Shown: positions 28,101-38,546, counted from the stretch's first letter. The stretch: DNA of 64,000 nucleotides from Planctomycetota bacterium (GCA_965248445.1 CBDFJG010000004.1:576001-640000); one strand, 5' to 3'. The notes: generated by a model from the sequence alone, not told the origin. Numbers and translations are program-made.

Positions 28101-29150
28101 ATGCGCACACCACTCCTCAGCCTCGCCCTGTCTCTCACTCTCGCGGTCAGCCCAGCCGCGTCGGAGAACCCGGTCATCCCCGATTCCGCCGTCGAGGCGT
28201 TCGCTGCGTTCCGCGGAGTGGATCACGCAGCGGCCGCCCAGCACACGCGGGGCAGCGAGCCGGTGGACGGATGGCAGGAGCGCCTGCGCGCCGAGTGGGA
28301 ACTCGGGGCGCTCGACGGGACCGCCATCCCCGTTCTGGAGAACCTGCTCGCCGACGAGGACCCGTACGTCCGTGCCCTCGGTGCGCGCGCGATCGGACTC
28401 GCGGGCGGCGAGGACGCGACGGAGACGCTGATCAAGTCGCTTGCCGTCGAGAAGCACGCGGTCGCCGCGATCGCGACGATCGAGGCACTCGCCCGCATCG
28501 GCGGAGAGGGCGCGCTCGCAGCGGTCGAGGCAAAACAGAAGCCCGGTGCCGACAAGAACGTGTCGAATGCCGTCGCACTGGCGCGCCGCCAGTTGAAGGG
28601 CGGCCGCTGGGACGTCGAGTCCATTCGCGAGGAACACCGCGAGGCGCGGCGCATCGAGAAAATGGGCGTACTCACGCGCGAGGACGAAGTGCCCGAGATC
28701 GCGCTTTCGTCCATGAACGGTCCTGTCAACCTCAGTACCCACGAGGGCGAGATCGTCGTCCTCGTGTTCAGCCACGGCGATAAGAGCGTCAAGGGACACA
28801 AGGTGCTGAACCGCCTGTCCGGCCAGATCCAGAACCTCACGGACTGGGGCGTCCGCGTCGTCGTCGTGACGCCCCACGAGAAGGAGCGCGCGAAGGCCTG
28901 GGAAGACCGCATGCGCCTGCCGTTCACGGTGTGCGCAGATCCGGCCGGCCGTGCGCAAGCGCTCTACGGAGTCGGCCGTCAACTCCTCGTCGGTGCCGAG
29001 TGGATGCCGAGCCCCGCATGGTTCGTGATCGACAAGCGCGGCCGTCTTGCGTGGGAGTACATCGGCAAGCACGACGCCGGCCAGGCAAACCTCGGCAAGC
29101 TGATGCCGCGGCTCGAGCGCCTGAAGAACGGCGAGATCGTCCGCGACTAA
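28101..29150 (+). CDS. Secreted HEAT-repeat plus AhpC/TSA-fold protein lacking the redox cysteines
   Basis: Signal peptide, DEDPYVRALGARAIG HEAT repeat, LPFTVCADP and PAWFVIDKRG. Confidence 0.75.
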   Translation: MRTPLLSLALSLTLAVSPAASENPVIPDSAVEAFAAFRGVDHAAAAQHTRGSEPVDGWQERLRAEWELGALDGTAIPVLENLLADEDPYVRALGARAIGLAGGEDATETLIKSLAVEKHAVAAIATIEALARIGGEGALAAVEAKQKPGADKNVSNAVALARRQLKGGRWDVESIREEHREARRIEKMGVLTREDEVPEIALSSMNGPVNLSTHEGEIVVLVFSHGDKSVKGHKVLNRLSGQIQNLTDWGVRVVVVTPHEKERAKAWEDRMRLPFTVCADPAGRAQALYGVGRQLLVGAEWMPSPAWFVIDKRGRLAWEYIGKHDAGQANLGKLMPRLERLKNGEIVRD

Positions 29151-29303
29151 CGGCCGGCTGCTCGCGCTCGTCCCATCGCACTCGGGATGACGCGCTTGAC
29201 TCGCCACCGTCGGACCCGTTTCAATCCGATCGAGCCCAGCCTCCGGCAACCGGAGGTCGCGGACGGAAGTCCGACGCGAAGCCCTGGGCGCGGGGAGAGT
29301 TCG

Positions 29304-31289
29304 ATGCGGAACGTGTCTCGCGATAGCGGTGTGTCCGTTCGTCAACTCGTGTTCGCGGTCTCGCTGGCTGCGTTGTTCGCCGCGACGTCGTCGGCTGCAC
29401 GCTTCGGTCCGCGGCTCGACGCGTTCGAGGCAGAGATGCAGTCGCGCACCGACGCGCTCGTCGGTGACCTGACGAAGCCGGAGAAGAAGGACAAGAAGCT
29501 GTACGACGGCGCGCTCAAGAAGCTGGCGAAGGACTCGGACTCGCTGAAGGGCGACATCAAGCTCGCCAAGAAGTCGATCGTCAAGGTCGAGAAGAAGAAG
29601 CCCGGCGACGCCACGATCGACGCGCTCAAGGAAGACGCCGTGATGGGGCTCGCGGGCGACGTCTCGGATCACCTTGACGCAGTGCAAGCGGATCTCGACG
29701 GATTCACGAGCAAGGTCAAGGCGGCGTCGGTTCAGAAGGCGATCGACAAGGGGCGCGCCAAGCTGACCGATGCGGCGGGCCAGACCAAGACGGCGAAGCG
29801 GCTCGCGAAGCTGATCCAGGCGGAGGCACAAGCTGCCAAGGCGGACAGGCTCTTCGCCAAGCTCTCGGACGGCGGCGGCGGCGGCGGCGGTGGCGGCGGG
29901 GGCGCGTTCCAGGCCTACCTCAAGGCGTCGAACTCCGAGGCCGACGACGACTTCGGTTTCGTCGCGATCGACGGCGACACGCTCGTCGTGACGGCGCGAG
30001 CCGAGGACAGCAGTGCGAGCGGAGTGAACGGCAATCAGAACGACAACGCAGCCGTGGATTCCGGCGCCGCCTACGTCTTCGTGCGCAGCGGGACGACTTG
30101 GACGCAGCAGGCGTATCTGAAGACGTCGAACCCGGACTCTGTTGACTTCCTCGGGGCGGTCGCTATCTCGGGAAACACAATTGTCGTCGGCTGCGCGGGT
30201 GAGGACAGCAACGCGCAGGGCGTCGACGGCGACCAGAGCAACGACAGCGAGCTGGGCTCAGGCGCGGCGTATGTGTTCGTGCGCAACGGGACGACCTGGA
30301 CGCAGCAGGCGTATCTCAAGGCATCCAACACGGATCCGTCCGACTTCTTCGGCTCCTCGGTCTCGATCTCCGGAGACACCATCGTTGTGGGCTCCTCGAG
30401 CGAGGACGGCAGCGCCTCCGGCGTCAACCAGAGTGAGGGGAACGGCGGCGACAATCGTGGCGCGGCCTACGTCTTCGTGCGGAACGGAACGACGTGGACG
30501 CAGCAGGCGTACCTCAAGGCATCCAACTCCGGCGACCTTGACAACTTCGGCGCCAGAGGCGCGGTCGCGGTCTCGGGCGACACCATTGCGGTGGGTGCCT
30601 TCCAGGAGAACAGTGACGCAAACGGCGTGAACGGCGACCAGAACAACGAAGGCGCGACGAACTCGGGTGCGGTCTACGTATTCTCCCGGAGCGGAGTGAC
30701 GTGGACGCAGCAAGCGTACTTGAAGGCCTCCAACGACACGTTCCAGTTCGGCCTGCGGGTAGCGCTGTCCGGGGACACGCTGGTCGTCGGCACGCCGCAG
30801 GAACAGAGCAACGCCACGGGAGTGAATGGGAACGAGAACAACACGGGCAAGAACCAGGCCGGCGCCGCGTACGTGTTCCACCGTGTGGGCACGACATGGT
30901 CGCAGCAGGCGTATCTGAAGGCCTCGAACACCGACGATTTCGACCGCTTCGGTTCAGCCGTCGGGATCTCTGGAGATCTCATCGCGATCGGTGCGCCGAG
31001 CGAACGCAGCGGCGCCACAGGGCTGAACGGAAACGAATCGGACGACAGCGTCGGGAACGCCGGGGCGGTGTACCTGTTCACACGCACTGGCACGACATGG
31101 GGTCCGGGAGACTACGTGAAGGCGTCGAACACCGATGCGGAGGACAGATTCGGCGACAACTTGGCGGTCTCCGGCACCACCATCTTGATCGCTGCGCGGG
31201 GGGACGACAGTTCCGCCACGGGCGTCGACGGTGACGACGGCGACAACAGTCTCGAAGACTCGGGTGCTGCCTACGTGCTCGTGAAGTAG
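29304..31289 (+). CDS. Secreted FG-GAP (integrin-alpha-like propeller) protein with Lys-rich N-terminal domain
   Basis: About 7 repeats of QQAYLKASN...FG..V.ISGDT.VVG...GAAYVF and a poly-Gly linker. Confidence 0.9.
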   Translation: MRNVSRDSGVSVRQLVFAVSLAALFAATSSAARFGPRLDAFEAEMQSRTDALVGDLTKPEKKDKKLYDGALKKLAKDSDSLKGDIKLAKKSIVKVEKKKPGDATIDALKEDAVMGLAGDVSDHLDAVQADLDGFTSKVKAASVQKAIDKGRAKLTDAAGQTKTAKRLAKLIQAEAQAAKADRLFAKLSDGGGGGGGGGGGAFQAYLKASNSEADDDFGFVAIDGDTLVVTARAEDSSASGVNGNQNDNAAVDSGAAYVFVRSGTTWTQQAYLKTSNPDSVDFLGAVAISGNTIVVGCAGEDSNAQGVDGDQSNDSELGSGAAYVFVRNGTTWTQQAYLKASNTDPSDFFGSSVSISGDTIVVGSSSEDGSASGVNQSEGNGGDNRGAAYVFVRNGTTWTQQAYLKASNSGDLDNFGARGAVAVSGDTIAVGAFQENSDANGVNGDQNNEGATNSGAVYVFSRSGVTWTQQAYLKASNDTFQFGLRVALSGDTLVVGTPQEQSNATGVNGNENNTGKNQAGAAYVFHRVGTTWSQQAYLKASNTDDFDRFGSAVGISGDLIAIGAPSERSGATGLNGNESDDSVGNAGAVYLFTRTGTTWGPGDYVKASNTDAEDRFGDNLAVSGTTILIAARGDDSSATGVDGDDGDNSLEDSGAAYVLVK

Positions 31290-31302
31290 CTCGCAAGGAG
31301 GG

Positions 31303-32109
31303 CTATCCCAGGGCGATGCGCTCGCCCTGGACAGCCACGTCGAATTCGCGCGCGCGCACCGGCGCAGGGTCGTCGAGCAGCGGGTTCGTGTGGTTCAGGT
31401 GGATGAAGCGCACGCGGTCGCCGAGTCCGTCGAGCAGGTCCATCGTCTCGGTCACCGGCGGATGCGGGACCTCGCCAGCCATCCGCGGCAGTTCGTCGCG
31501 CGAGAGGAACGAACCGTCGATGTAGGCGACGTCGACCGCGGCTACCTCCTCGCGGACATCGCGATCCCACGTGTCCCAGCGATCGATGTCGGGCAGGAAC
31601 AGCACGCTCTTGGTCTCGCTCTCGATCACGTACGCGACGGTGTCGCCGTGTTCGTTGCGGTGCGGCACCTGCATCGACCGCACGCGTACGCCGCCGAGAT
31701 CCACGTCGTCGTTGGGGGCGGCGGTGACCCGCGACTGTTCGTACAAGTCGCTGTACGGCGCGTTCGACGAGAGGAATGCATGCATGGCAGGTGTCGCATG
31801 GAGCGGCATCGTCGCGGTCGCCAGCGCCTCGCGCCCGAGGTACGGGAGGCCGTTGATGTGCCCCATGTGCGCGTGAGTCAAGAACACGGCGTCAGGTCGC
31901 CGTGCGCCGAGTGCGTGCAACTGGTCGGGCAGATCCGGCGTCGCGTCGAACAGGTACGCCCGTTCTCCGTTCGTCAGGCCCAGGCACGCGACTCGTTCGC
32001 GGCGGCGCAGCCCGTCGAACGCCGGCCCGCAGCGTGTGCAGCGGCATCCCACGTGTGGCACACCGCCGTCCTGTGCGATGCCGAGCACGACGACTTCCCA
32101 GCCGCTCAC
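31303..32109 (-). CDS. PqqB-like metallo-beta-lactamase-fold hydrolase
   Basis: LGIAQDGGVPHVGC, LTHAHMGH, VPHRNE and FIHLNHTNP. Confidence 0.8.
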   Translation of the reverse strand: MSGWEVVVLGIAQDGGVPHVGCRCTRCGPAFDGLRRRERVACLGLTNGERAYLFDATPDLPDQLHALGARRPDAVFLTHAHMGHINGLPYLGREALATATMPLHATPAMHAFLSSNAPYSDLYEQSRVTAAPNDDVDLGGVRVRSMQVPHRNEHGDTVAYVIESETKSVLFLPDIDRWDTWDRDVREEVAAVDVAYIDGSFLSRDELPRMAGEVPHPPVTETMDLLDGLGDRVRFIHLNHTNPLLDDPAPVRAREFDVAVQGERIALG

Positions 32110-34556
32110 TTCTCGTCGCTCTCAGCTGCGGGCACCAGGTCCGACAGGTCGTCCGGCACGTGGGCGGGCAGGTCGAACGTGTACGCGCCGTCGTCCCGGA
32201 GTGTCCCCCGACCGTTCCACTCGTTGACGTCGCGATTGCCGTAGCGGTCGTCTCCGCCGAAATCGAGGAACAGCGCGAACGAGTGGCCGCCGTGGTACGT
32301 GTTCGACTTCGCCTTGCCGGGCAGATCGGAGTACGTGTCGGAGCCCTGGTTGTCGATGAACACCACGATCCCGTTGTGGGCCGCCGATGCGAGCGAGAAC
32401 CCGCGGGTCTCGTAGGTGTCGTCGCCGTTCCCGTCGCGGAAGAAGACCGTCGTCTCGTCCCACGACAGTCCCTGCGCGACGCCGGCATGGCTCTGGTAGA
32501 GGTCGCTGCCGCCGCCCTCGAGGAACGTCCCGGCGGCCTGGTGCGCCGCGAACCCCTGCGCGTACCGGGAGCCGATGTAGCGATCCTGCCCGTCGCCGTC
32601 GTCGACGAGCGCGCCCCAAGCGTGGAAGTAGCCCCCGCCTTGGCTGAAGTTCCCGGCCTCGTACACGTCGTCGCCCATCCAGTCGTGGAGCAGCCCTACG
32701 CCGCCTGAACCGATGTGGCGGAACCCGAACCCCACGCCCTGGCTCCAGCCGCTGAACACGCCGTCCTCGCCGTACTCCGAGCCGTACTTGCCGGTGGCCG
32801 CGTAGCGGTCGTTGCCGCCCATGTCCGAGAGCGCGCCGACGCCACCTGGTAGGCCGACTCCCTGCGCGTAGCGATCGGCCGTGTAGGTGTCGTCGTCGTC
32901 GGCGTCGATGAGGACGCCCGCGCCGCACATGGCGACGCCTTGAGCGCATTCGGTGGCCCGATACGTGTCGCGGCCTTCCCAGTCACGCAGCAACGCGAAG
33001 CCTGCGACCGCGGCCCCCTGGCCCCACTGCCGCGCCAGATACTGATCGTCGCCATCCAGGTCGTAGAGCACGGCGACACCCCCGATCGCCGCCGCTTGCG
33101 CGAAGGGAGAGGTGGCGCCGTAGAGGTCGTCCCCGCCCTCGTCCACGAGGATCGAGATCGGTACCTCTCGGTCCGCGCGTGCGCCGCAGTCCAGGTAGCG
33201 GTCGTTGCCGCCGAGGTCGAAGCGCAGCGCGCAGCGCTTCTTATGGGTCTGCCGGCCGGGACCGGCGAACTCGATGCGGCCCACGGCCGTCTCTCGATAG
33301 GCGACGATCCCCTCTCCGCCGTGCTCCGCCACGAGCCTCCGCCACTCGGGCTGCCGCTGCCGAATGAACGCGAGGACGTCCGCCGCGACACTCGCGACCG
33401 CTGCACGGTCCACGCTCGCGAGCAGTTGCATCGCGCGGCGGCTGGCCCGCTCGCGTTCGACGTCCTCGTCGTCGTACATGTATTCGCCCTCGACGGCGAA
33501 CCGTTCTGTGATCAGCGGCAGCGTCTCCTCGACGAACCGCCGGGCCGCGGGCGTCCAGCCGAGCGCGTCGCGGACCCTGCCCGCGTACTCGACCAGGAAG
33601 AGCTCCATCCGATCGAGCTCATCGTCGAGATCGCGCGCGACGACCTTCTCGAACGCGGTGACGAGCGGAACCTTGCCGTTGGCGGCAACGACTGCAGCGC
33701 CCATGCCATCGGGGAACAGGCTTGCCGCGAGCTCTTGGGCCGCGTTCTCATGCGCCGCAGGATTCAGCTGCACCTCGACCGTCTTCCGCAGCCGGAACGG
33801 GTCCTGTTTCTCGAAACGCTTGCGATGGCGTGCCAGCGTGTCGCGGTAGCGCGGCAAGCCGGAGTCCAGCGCCGTGACCCGGTCGATCCAGTCGAGTATC
33901 TTCGTGTCGTTGCGTGTCGTCTCGAACCAGGACAGCGGAGTCTCGAGCTGCGCAAACGAGGGCGGCTGACGGCCGAGGAGGAGCGGGGTTCTCTTCACGG
34001 TTTCTCCGCGGACGTAGACGGCGCTGCTCATCGAGTCGGCGGGTAGCGGCATCAGCACTTCGCGCAGCCGCTGGACGGCCTCCGCGCGCGGCCCCTGGTC
34101 CAGACGTGCGCCGGCGAGTTCGACCAGGACGTCGCCGTTCTCCATCCCTGCGCGGCCGAGCGACTGGCCCGGCTGAACACCTCTGACGCCGACGCCGTAC
34201 GCATACCCCGTGGACGCCGGCACGTTGCGCGCTCCCACGAATCCAGTGCCGAGGTAGGGGCGGTCGTCCGCGGACGGCTCGAACGCCAGCACGCGGTCGG
34301 TCCAGCCGTTCTCTGCAGCCGCTGCTGCTCCAGGTGTGTCGCCGACCGCCGGGGACGGCTGCAACGGCGCAGGTCCGCGCGGCAATCGGTCTTCGAACGG
34401 GTGGTCGACCGGACTCGGCCGGTCGATGAGCTGCCGCACGCGCGGCGGCAGGGTCTCGCCGTAGTGGTTGATGGGACGGATGCCGTGTCCCTCGCCGCCC
34501 GAGCAGCCCGCAGCGAGCACCACGACCACTGCCACGCCTCTCCATCCCGTTCGCAT
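32106..34556 (-). CDS. Lipoprotein with PDZ domain and about 12 DxxGxDxY repeats
   Basis: Lipobox LAAGC, PDZ-like GMENGDVLVEL, and repeats from DLGGNDRY to DFGGDDRY. Confidence 0.75.
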   Translation of the reverse strand: MRTGWRGVAVVVVLAAGCSGGEGHGIRPINHYGETLPPRVRQLIDRPSPVDHPFEDRLPRGPAPLQPSPAVGDTPGAAAAAENGWTDRVLAFEPSADDRPYLGTGFVGARNVPASTGYAYGVGVRGVQPGQSLGRAGMENGDVLVELAGARLDQGPRAEAVQRLREVLMPLPADSMSSAVYVRGETVKRTPLLLGRQPPSFAQLETPLSWFETTRNDTKILDWIDRVTALDSGLPRYRDTLARHRKRFEKQDPFRLRKTVEVQLNPAAHENAAQELAASLFPDGMGAAVVAANGKVPLVTAFEKVVARDLDDELDRMELFLVEYAGRVRDALGWTPAARRFVEETLPLITERFAVEGEYMYDDEDVERERASRRAMQLLASVDRAAVASVAADVLAFIRQRQPEWRRLVAEHGGEGIVAYRETAVGRIEFAGPGRQTHKKRCALRFDLGGNDRYLDCGARADREVPISILVDEGGDDLYGATSPFAQAAAIGGVAVLYDLDGDDQYLARQWGQGAAVAGFALLRDWEGRDTYRATECAQGVAMCGAGVLIDADDDDTYTADRYAQGVGLPGGVGALSDMGGNDRYAATGKYGSEYGEDGVFSGWSQGVGFGFRHIGSGGVGLLHDWMGDDVYEAGNFSQGGGYFHAWGALVDDGDGQDRYIGSRYAQGFAAHQAAGTFLEGGGSDLYQSHAGVAQGLSWDETTVFFRDGNGDDTYETRGFSLASAAHNGIVVFIDNQGSDTYSDLPGKAKSNTYHGGHSFALFLDFGGDDRYGNRDVNEWNGRGTLRDDGAYTFDLPAHVPDDLSDLVPAAESDEK

Positions 34557-34623
34557 GTGGAGCAGGGTACCGCGATCCCGTTCAGATGTTGCCCCGCTCG
34601 AACGTGCGTGCCACGCTCGCGCC

Positions 34624-35889
34624 GTGGGGACCACCGAACCGTACCTGCCGACCGCCGAGACCACGCGCGAAGCGCTCAGACGTTTCGGGTCGCCGCTGTA
34701 TCTGTACGACGAGACGACGCTGCGCACACGCGCGTCCGAGTTGCTCGGGTTCGGCGGACCGTTCGGCTTCACGGCGCGCTTCGCCATCAAGGCGAATCCC
34801 GCGCGGGCCGTGCTGCGTCTGTTCGATGAGATGGGTCTGCAGTTCGACGCCTCGAGCGTCCACGAGGCCGAGCGCGCCATTCGGGCCGGCGTCGCGCCGC
34901 AGAAGATCCAGCTCACCACCCAGATCCTCGGCAGCGGCTGGCAGGATCTGGTCCGGCGTGGCGCGGGCGTGACCGCGTGTTCGGTGCGTCAGCTCGAGCT
35001 GCTGGGGGGCGAGTTCCCCGGCGGCACGTTCGGCGTGCGCTTCAATCCCGGCGTGGGCAGCGGACACAACAACCGCACGAGCGTCGCTGGCCCGGACGCC
35101 AGTTTCGGCGTCTGGCACGAGCAACTGCACGACGTCCTGCGCTTGGCGGCGGAACACGGATTGCGGCTCGACCACGCGCACCATCACATCGGCTCGGGGG
35201 GCGAGGCGATCAAGTGGGCGGAGATCGCGACCGCGACACTCGCGCTCGTACGCGAACTGCCCGACGTGACGACGGTCAACCTCGGCGGAGGGTTCAAAGT
35301 CGCTCGCATGCCCGGCGAGCACGGTACCGACCTCGCCGCCGCTGCGGCTGCGGCGCACGCACTGCTGCGTGAGTTCGCTGCCGACACCGGGCGCGAGCTA
35401 CACCTCGAGGTAGAGCCGGGGACGTTCCTGGCCGCCGACGCCGGCGCGATCGTCGCGCGTGTGTACGACGTCGTCTCCACAGGAGCGGACGGGCACGTAT
35501 TCGTCCGCACCGACGTCGGCATGGCGGAGATCCTCCGTCCGTCGATGTACGGCGCCCAGCACCCGGTGGCGTTCCACGCGGCAGAGGCGGGCGGCGCGCT
35601 GGGAGACGAGGTGCCGCTGCTCGTCGTGGGGCCGTGTTGCGAATCGGGGGACATCCTGACACCGGCCCGCGGCGATCCCGAGGGTCTGGGGCCGCGCACG
35701 CTCCCGCGTCCTGCTGCCGGTGATGTCGTCGTCGTCGGTGGCGCGGGCGCCTACTGCGCGTCGATGCCCGCGAAGCACTACAACTCGATCCCCGCCGCTC
35801 CCGAGGTCTGGCGGGACCCGGCCGGGGAGCTGCGGCTGGTTCGAGCGCGCGAGAGCCTGGACGACCTCCTCCGTCACGAGCTCGGCTGA
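34624..35889 (+). CDS. lysA: Diaminopimelate decarboxylase
   Basis: FAIKANP, HIGSG, NLGGGF, EPG, RPSMYGA, GPCCESGD and GAY. Start position approximate. Confidence 0.9.
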   Translation: MGTTEPYLPTAETTREALRRFGSPLYLYDETTLRTRASELLGFGGPFGFTARFAIKANPARAVLRLFDEMGLQFDASSVHEAERAIRAGVAPQKIQLTTQILGSGWQDLVRRGAGVTACSVRQLELLGGEFPGGTFGVRFNPGVGSGHNNRTSVAGPDASFGVWHEQLHDVLRLAAEHGLRLDHAHHHIGSGGEAIKWAEIATATLALVRELPDVTTVNLGGGFKVARMPGEHGTDLAAAAAAAHALLREFAADTGRELHLEVEPGTFLAADAGAIVARVYDVVSTGADGHVFVRTDVGMAEILRPSMYGAQHPVAFHAAEAGGALGDEVPLLVVGPCCESGDILTPARGDPEGLGPRTLPRPAAGDVVVVGGAGAYCASMPAKHYNSIPAAPEVWRDPAGELRLVRARESLDDLLRHELG

Positions 35890-35979
35890 GTCCCGGAATC
35901 GGGTTCCGAATCGAGCCTGACGCGAGCCTGGCAGCAGGTCCCGGTTCACCTCGGCCACTGCGATTCCCGATCCAGAGGG

Positions 35980-37323
35980 ATGCGCTGTCCGCACTGCGAC
36001 GAGCCCACGCTCCAGGGGGCCAAGAGCTGCCTGGCGTGCGGTGAACCGGTCGTGCGCCTCGCTCCGCCCGTGACCCCCGTCGCCCCGCGCGACGCCGACG
36101 AACCGGAGATCGGGAAAAGCCGCGCGTTCACGAGTCCGCTCGAGGAACTCGCGGCACTCCCCATCTCGCCGCCGCCTGTGTCGCGGGCCCCGGATGCCGC
36201 GATGCCGAGTGGGGCGGTGCTCTGCAAGATCTGCCTCGGACCGTCAGAGGACGCGGTGGTCGGCGGAATCTGCGCCGGTTGCCGGGGTGTCGTACGCGAC
36301 GTCGGCACCGAGCGAATCGCTCCGACGGAGCAGTACATCCACCCGGCCACGTCGGCGGCCGCGACGACAGGTGCATTCGCCGACCGCATGGGCTCCGCAG
36401 CGTTCCGTCCGCCGCCGTTGTACATGAAGAAGTCGCGCATCCGACGTGGGTGGATCGCTGCGCTCGCCGGCATGCTGCTCGTCGGGGCCGGCCTCGGCGT
36501 CGTTGCGCTGCGCGGCGATCCCGACCCTGTCGAGCGCCACCTGCGCGACGTACGCGCGGAGGACGCGCACATCACCTTCGCCGTCCCGAGCGACGTTGTC
36601 GTCACGATCACCAGCGAGACGTCACTCGCGATCATGCACGAGTCCATCCGAGGCGGCTTCGCCAAGGGACTCGAGACACAGTTCGACATGCAGCAGCGCG
36701 CCGAACAGGTCACGCAGATCGCGGGCACCGAATCGGGCGACTCGGTCGAGGTCATGTCGTCCTGTCGGCTCGTCGACCAGCAGGGAGAAGCGGTCGGCCA
36801 GGACGTGCGGGAGTTGAAGGCGTATCCGTGGGAGGGTCTACGCGAACGCGTGCGGATGGAATTCCCCGCGACCGGCGGTCCCACCGTCAACGGCGACCCG
36901 CCGTTGCCGCTCAAGGACGTGACTCCGTTCGTGACGATCGGGGCGCTCGGTGTGCCGGATGGCCCGCTCCGGCCCGGCGCGACGTGGCGGCTGACCAGCG
37001 TTCTGCCGGTCGCTGCAACGCACCGCGGCTCTCTCTCACCCCTGACGTTCGAGTGCCGCGTAACGTACGTCGGCAGGGCTACGGCGGGCGGTCGCGAGTG
37101 CGCCGTCACGCGCATCTCGGGCACGGCCAGCGGCCAGCCGTGGGGACCGCTCGACCGCTTCAACCGTTCGCGCGGCAAACTCGCAGGAGCGCTGTTCCAC
37201 GACCTCGACACCGGGCTCCTGGTCGAGGCTCACCTGTACTGCGAGACCGCCGTCTGGCTCGACAGAGGCCGGATGGAGGAGCGTGTCTCCGTCAAGGGCC
37301 GCGTCGATATCGACCGCCGCTAG
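35980..37323 (+). CDS. Hypothetical single-pass membrane protein with zinc ribbons
   Basis: CPHC/CLAC and CKIC/CAGC pairs, one TM segment, and a periplasmic C-terminal domain. Confidence 0.65.
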   Translation: MRCPHCDEPTLQGAKSCLACGEPVVRLAPPVTPVAPRDADEPEIGKSRAFTSPLEELAALPISPPPVSRAPDAAMPSGAVLCKICLGPSEDAVVGGICAGCRGVVRDVGTERIAPTEQYIHPATSAAATTGAFADRMGSAAFRPPPLYMKKSRIRRGWIAALAGMLLVGAGLGVVALRGDPDPVERHLRDVRAEDAHITFAVPSDVVVTITSETSLAIMHESIRGGFAKGLETQFDMQQRAEQVTQIAGTESGDSVEVMSSCRLVDQQGEAVGQDVRELKAYPWEGLRERVRMEFPATGGPTVNGDPPLPLKDVTPFVTIGALGVPDGPLRPGATWRLTSVLPVAATHRGSLSPLTFECRVTYVGRATAGGRECAVTRISGTASGQPWGPLDRFNRSRGKLAGALFHDLDTGLLVEAHLYCETAVWLDRGRMEERVSVKGRVDIDRR

Positions 37324-38546
37324 CGCAATGCGGCGGAGATGAGCACGGCCGCGTGACGGACGGACAGACCCGAGTCCTCTGACCGCAGCGACGTCTCGAT
37401 CTGCAGCCGGCACCCCGCGTTCGCGGTCACGACGATGTGCGGCGCCACCGCCAGGATCGCGCACGCCTTTTCCATGCCGAGACGCGCGCCCTCGGCGGGA
37501 TGCAGCACGTTGAACAGCCCTGCGCTGCCGCAACACGTAGACGCGTCGGGTGCATCGACGATCTCGACATCCGGGATCGCCGCGAGGAGTTCGCGCACGA
37601 CGTGGGCGCGCCGCTGACCGTGGTCGAGGTGGCACGGCGGATCCCACGCCACGCGCACCGGGGCGGACAGTCCGAGAGCCGCGGCGATCGGTCTGAGCGC
37701 GTCGTGTGGAACATGCGCTGCGGCCAGCACGAGCGCATCCGTTGCGGGGACCGGTAGCCGGTCCACATGAGCGAGCAGGTGAGCGCCGCATCCCGCGGCG
37801 TCGGCGACGACGGCCTCGACCGGCAGATCGCGCAGCGCGTCGGCGAGCCGGGTGAGCCAGGCATCCGATCGCATGTCGTCGCCCTGGTGCGCGTGGAGAG
37901 CGCCGCAGCACAACGGGCCGCGCGGGACGTGGACATCGAAGCCTGCGTGCCGGAGCACGTGCACCACGGCTGCGCGGTCGGCGCGATCGGCGTGATCCGT
38001 CACGCAGCCCGGCAGGAGGGCCACGGCTCCTTTTCGCACGGAGAGCGCCGGCTGGACGGTCGGGACCGAGCGCGACCACGCGCGCCATGACGCGTCGGGC
38101 GCAAGCCGGGCGGCCTGCGAGACGAGCCGCGCACCGGGTAGGCGGGGCAGGCGGGGCAGGCGGGGCAGGCGGCGGGCCAACCACGCCAGCCGCATCACCG
38201 CGGTGACGCCGGCCGACGACGCGAACAGGCGCAGCAAGACGCGCTCGAGCCACGGTGCGGGCACGCGGCCCCGCAGTTCGGCACGGCCCCGTTCGAGAAG
38301 ACGGCCGTATGGAACGTTCGACGGGCAGGCCGGTTCGCATGCGCGGCAGCCCAGGCACGCATCGAGGTACTCGCCGATCTCGCCCGGCGGCACGTCGCCG
38401 TTCTCCGCGAGCGAGCGCACGAGTGAGATCCGGCCGCGCGGCGAGTGGCCCTCGTTGCCGGTCGCTGTGTACGTGGGGCAGACTGGGAGGCAGAATCCGC
38501 AGTGGATGCACGAGTCCGAGAGCGTCAGCAGTTCGTGGCGCGTCAC
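37320..38546 (-). CDS. glcF: Glycolate oxidase Fe-S subunit-like protein
   Basis: CIHCGFCLPVCP, CLGCRACEPACP, CCG motifs and TANAGC. Confidence 0.85.
   Translation of the reverse strand: MTRHELLTLSDSCIHCGFCLPVCPTYTATGNEGHSPRGRISLVRSLAENGDVPPGEIGEYLDACLGCRACEPACPSNVPYGRLLERGRAELRGRVPAPWLERVLLRLFASSAGVTAVMRLAWLARRLPRLPRLPRLPGARLVSQAARLAPDASWRAWSRSVPTVQPALSVRKGAVALLPGCVTDHADRADRAAVVHVLRHAGFDVHVPRGPLCCGALHAHQGDDMRSDAWLTRLADALRDLPVEAVVADAAGCGAHLLAHVDRLPVPATDALVLAAAHVPHDALRPIAAALGLSAPVRVAWDPPCHLDHGQRRAHVVRELLAAIPDVEIVDAPDASTCCGSAGLFNVLHPAEGARLGMEKACAILAVAPHIVVTANAGCRLQIETSLRSEDSGLSVRHAAVLISAALR

Noticed and set aside
29900..31289. Recurring GCAGCAGGCGTAYCTSAAGGC as a CRISPR-like array
   Set aside because: These are in-frame FG-GAP protein repeats with homologous intervening sequence and no cas genes.
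31303..32109. PQQ biosynthesis operon
   Set aside because: No pqqA/C/D/E in the window.
38140..38166. 9-bp tandem repeat in glcF
   Set aside because: In-frame RLP expansion in a variable linker, with no phase-variation potential.
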